A stretch of DNA of 63,209 nt, filler included, from Olpidium bornovanus S191 (taxonomy: Eukaryota > Fungi > Olpidiomycota): assembly GCA_017911155.1 (NCBI GenBank). It is 28 parts of 28 records of this genome, joined end to end, with 100 filler letters (N's around TTAATTAATTAA, not from the genome) between each part and the next. Parts side by side here need not be neighbours in the genome. Positions count along the whole stretch, not along the records: positions 59,422 to 61,286 come from JAEFCI010005254.1; positions 61,387 to 63,209 come from JAEFCI010005804.1; 26 more parts are not named here. One strand, 5' to 3'. Position 1 is the first letter of the stretch; each line of letters opens with the position of its first letter. The notes beneath the pieces were generated by a model. The model was not told the origin of the DNA. It searched no databases and worked only from the letters and a program-made list of their open reading frames with translations. Shown here one piece after another: positions 60,040 through 63,209 of this stretch. The translations under genes were made by a program, and so were the position numbers.

Positions 60040-60900
60040 GCGATTTTTTTTTCTTGCGGTTGCCAATGTACGTTTTTTTTTACGAGGATGCGGAGACGGA
60101 GGCGCCGGCGTACTTTTTTTTCGGGGAAAGTGGTGGGCGGGCCGCCGGCGTACCTGGGTGCCGGTCCAGGTTTTTTCTTTTCCTTTTTTGTGGCGTACCT
60201 TGTTTTGTTGCCGTTACCGGCGTTTTTTTTGCGTTCTTTTTTTGCAACCGCCGACGTACGTTTTTTTTTGTGGCGACCGCCTGTGTACCTTCTTTTTTCT
60301 TATTTCCCTTTTTTTTTCTGCAGCCGTCGTACCTTTTTCTTTTTTTTTTGTTGCGGCTGCCGGCATACTTTTTTTTCCCTTTTCTTTCTTTTTCTATTTT
60401 TGTTGCAACCGCCAGCAAACTATCTTTTTTCTTTCTTTCTTTCTTTCACTTTTTTCTGTTACAGCCGCCGGCGCGCCGGCATATCTTTTTCTTTCCGGCC
60501 GCCGACGTACCTTTTGTTTTTTTTTTGTGGCAGCAGGCGTACTTTTCTATTTTATCCATTTTTGATTTTTCACTTCCTATTTTTTATTTTCTCCTTTTGT
60601 TTTTCCTTATTTTCGAATATCTGTTTTCCATTTCTATAATAATTTTTGTTAACTTTGCTGCAACCGGCGCTTTTTTGATTTTTGAAGCCGGCAGCTTACT
60701 TCTTCGACACAAAGTGTCTTGGATACCAACTGTGCATTCGCACTATAAAATTTTTACGTGGATTTGGAATACAAATGCGTAGGCAATTTTGAAAGTTTTT
60801 TAGCACTCGGAATGATATATCTTCTGTTATGTATTTTGTTTTTTGTGACAGCTGGTGGCATACATTTTTTTTTTCGTTCTTTTACTAGCCGGCGTTATAC
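60040..60900 (+). repeat. Degenerate satellite: GC-rich core GCAGCCGCCGGCGTAC alternating with T-tracts
   Basis: Roughly 15 variant cores spaced about 30-60 bp apart (denser in 60100-60545), most followed by oligo-T. Confidence 0.75.
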
Positions 60901-61621
60901 GTTATGTCTGAATGGACAGAACCAGACGTTCTTGGCGCCCAGTGCTATCATCAAGTGCATTGATGAATAAGGGAGCAGACGGGTGTTTCACATATTGTCT
61001 GTCTTCACCGAGTCGCTGGTTGGAGCCGCTGATAGCCCATCGCACACGGTATTATTGGGAATAACCACTACTCTACCAGCTGACGGGGTCCTTTTACACA
61101 CGGTATTATTCGACTGTCAAATCAACATTCAGAAGCATAGATTCAAAAATTTAAACGGAGCCGCGAATTTGGAAGCAGAATCAAACACGAATTCAGAAGC
61201 AGAATCTGACGCAGATTTAGATGCGGAATCAGATGCACATTCAGAAGCAGAATGAAGGCGCCAAACCTTGGTGGTGACAGGCATGCNNNNNNNNNNNNNN
61301 NNNNNNNNNNNNNNNNNNNNNNNNNNNNNNTTAATTAATTAANNNNNNNNNNNNNNNNNNNNNNNNNNNNNNNNNNNNNNNNNNNNCATGAGGATGCTGA
61401 GGCCGTGCACGGATTTGCGCCGGTGGTTCTGCGCGAGCTGCGGAACTCTTGGAGCGGCGCGTCGCGAAAATAAAATCTGTCAGAAGACGAAAATCCGACG
61501 CGCGCGCAAGCTCACACACCTTCGAACCCAAGCAACAAAAAAAAAAAACAAAAAAAAAGATGTCGGGGAAATTGATCTTTTCACGCAACTCCCCTCCCCA
61601 CATCCATCCCCCTGTCCTCAC

Positions 61622-62871
61622 CGGCTGAAAAAATACATGCCGGCGCTCCCCCACGCCGACAGGGTCCCGACGAGCTCCTGGGCCGGCGTCAGGTCCTTGG
61701 GCGCGTCGCAGACGGCGGGCCCGCCGCCATCGCCGCCGCCGTCGCTGCCGTCTTCCGGAGACCCCCGGCTCCAGTACCAGACCATGAGCGCGGCGACTCC
61801 CGAGACGAGGGCGAGGATGCCGGCGACGGCAGCCCACCGCTTCGCAGCCGGGGCGGGGGAAGGCAGGCGGGGCCGGCGGGGCGGCGGCGGCGGCGCAGAA
61901 AAAGGGGAAGCCGGCGGGCCGCAGCCGGCGACGACAGCGGCGGGCGGCGCGGCGGAGCCCTCGAGCGCCGCAGGATCTGGCGCGGCGGCAGCGGCCGAAG
62001 CGGAGGTGCCGTTCAACAGGGGGACCGGCGGAAGCAGGGGCTGCCGTTCGGCGCCGCCCAGGTCGACCTCCTCCTCGTCAACGATGCCGCCTTCCTCTTC
62101 GCCGCCGCAGTCGCCGCCGCAGGGAACCTTTGCGGCGGGGTCGCCGCCGGAGCAGCGGCGGCGGCGCAGCGGCGGCGGCGCGGGGAGCGGGCCGGCGTAG
62201 AATAGGCGGTAGTAGGCGTACTGCGACAGCAGTACGACGTCGCTGGCGCAGAAGTAGAGGGCGGTGTAAAGCTGGGTCTTGAGCTGGCCGGCCAGCACGC
62301 AGCCCAGCAGGTTGGTGATGTCCCCCAGGAGCCACTGCAGCAGCAGGCCCGGGCTCACCCCCTCGACGCGCTTCAGCCGGTAGCTCTCCACCAGCTGCGG
62401 GAACTGGGCGACCATCCAGACGCCTACCGTCAAGAGGCCCAGGGCGAAAGCCAACTTCTCCGCCGGGGTGTAGACGCTGTATTTTTTGTTGTTGTTTGTT
62501 TGTTTGGCGCGCGGGATCAATTAGGAAAATAAAAGAAAAAAAAAGAAAAACGGCACGATTTCTCTTCTCTATCTTTTCTCTCTCTCTCGCTCTCCCTCTC
62601 TCGCTCTCTGTTCCTCTCTCCACCGCCCAGCTCACCAGTCACGGAAGTACGAGGCGACCCAAATGCAATACGACCAACCGCCCTTCTCCTCCGGCACGCA
62701 AACACACGGCGGGGTTCCTGCCGGTGGAACGGCGGCGGCGGCGGCAGCGGCGGGGTGCGGCGCGCAGGCGACGAGGAGGAGGAGGAGGAGAGGCGCCGCC
62801 GCCGCCGCCGCCGCTGCGACTGCCGGCACGGCGGCAGCGAGGGCGGCAGCGCAGGCGGCTCTCGGCGGCAT
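61622..62871 (-). CDS. PQ-loop transporter (Ypq/PQLC2-like vacuolar cationic amino-acid transporter), 3'-partial
   Basis: YFRDC/VYTP, VWMVAQFPQLVESYRLKRVEGVS..LL.WLLGDITNLLG...QLKTQ, DVVLLSQY..Y and WGSAGMYFFSR. Confidence 0.9.
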
Positions 62872-63209
62872 GCGGCCAGCGGCGGCGGCGGCGGCGGCGG
62901 AGGGCGCGCGTGGTCTCCCTCTCACTCTCTCCTCTCTTTCTCTCTCTCTCTCTTTCTCTCACTTTTCTCGCTCCGCGCGGACGGCGGCGGCGGCGGACAC
63001 GGCAGTCGCCGAGCGAGCCGAGAGAGCGTGGGGCGGCTTGGTTTCGCTCGCGCGCGTTGCGTCCTCAGAAGTGCAGGCGGGCGGGGGGTGAAAGAGAGGC
63101 GAAAAAAAAAAAAAAAAAAAAAAAAAAAAACGGGGGGGCCCCCCCCCCCCCCCCCCCCGCGGGACCCCCCCCCCCCCCCCCAACCCCCCCCCCCCCCCCC
63201 CCCCCCCCC

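Noticed and set aside
60040-60900. CRISPR array
   Set aside because: Repeats are degenerate, spacers are low-complexity T-tracts of uneven length, there are no cas genes, and the context is eukaryotic.
1-63209. Gene neighbourhood or cluster interpretation (e.g. XDH and AMP deaminase as a purine cluster; VPS39, PQ-loop and ATG10 as a vacuole cluster)
   Set aside because: The genes lie on different contigs joined by artificial spacers. Joining across the 31031 gap at the shared CATG makes TTLL6 read NM-NGG-stop, showing the neighbours are not contiguous.

Overview
This window is eukaryotic, intron-rich, mostly GC-rich DNA. It most likely comes from an early-diverging, probably zoosporic fungus (inference from fungal-type Unc-104, Rga8/Rgd2, Puf4 and Los1 homologues plus an axonemal-type TTLL6/13 glutamylase). 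It is not one locus. It is 28 short contigs joined by an identical 100-nt artificial spacer (44 N + TTAATTAATTAA + 44 N), so adjacency across spacers carries no biological meaning, and most genes are truncated at contig ends. Recognisable genes: casein kinase 1, kinesin-3, VPS39/VAM6, xanthine dehydrogenase, an atypical RNase III with dsRBD(s), exportin-T, a cupin-like/AstE-AspA protein, TTLL6/13, RPL14, a Puf4/5-type Pumilio protein, ELF1, an F-BAR-DEP-RhoGAP that runs in frame into Atg10, a disrupted KDM3-type JmjC gene, AMP deaminase, a PAS-class III adenylyl cyclase, a GPS/GAIN single-pass membrane protein, an FkbM-type methyltransferase, a BAR-SH3 protein and a PQ-loop transporter. There are also two degenerate Ty1/copia-type fragments (one with PPT and 3' LTR), a tRNA-like element and many repeats. 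The best novelty candidates, each contained within one contig, are: (1) a RhoGAP-Atg10 in-frame fusion; (2) an R3B2-like RNase III with a non-canonical signature and a possible mitochondrial presequence; (3) a fungal GAIN/GPS domain on a single-pass protein. All homology calls are from motif recognition by eye; no database search was run.
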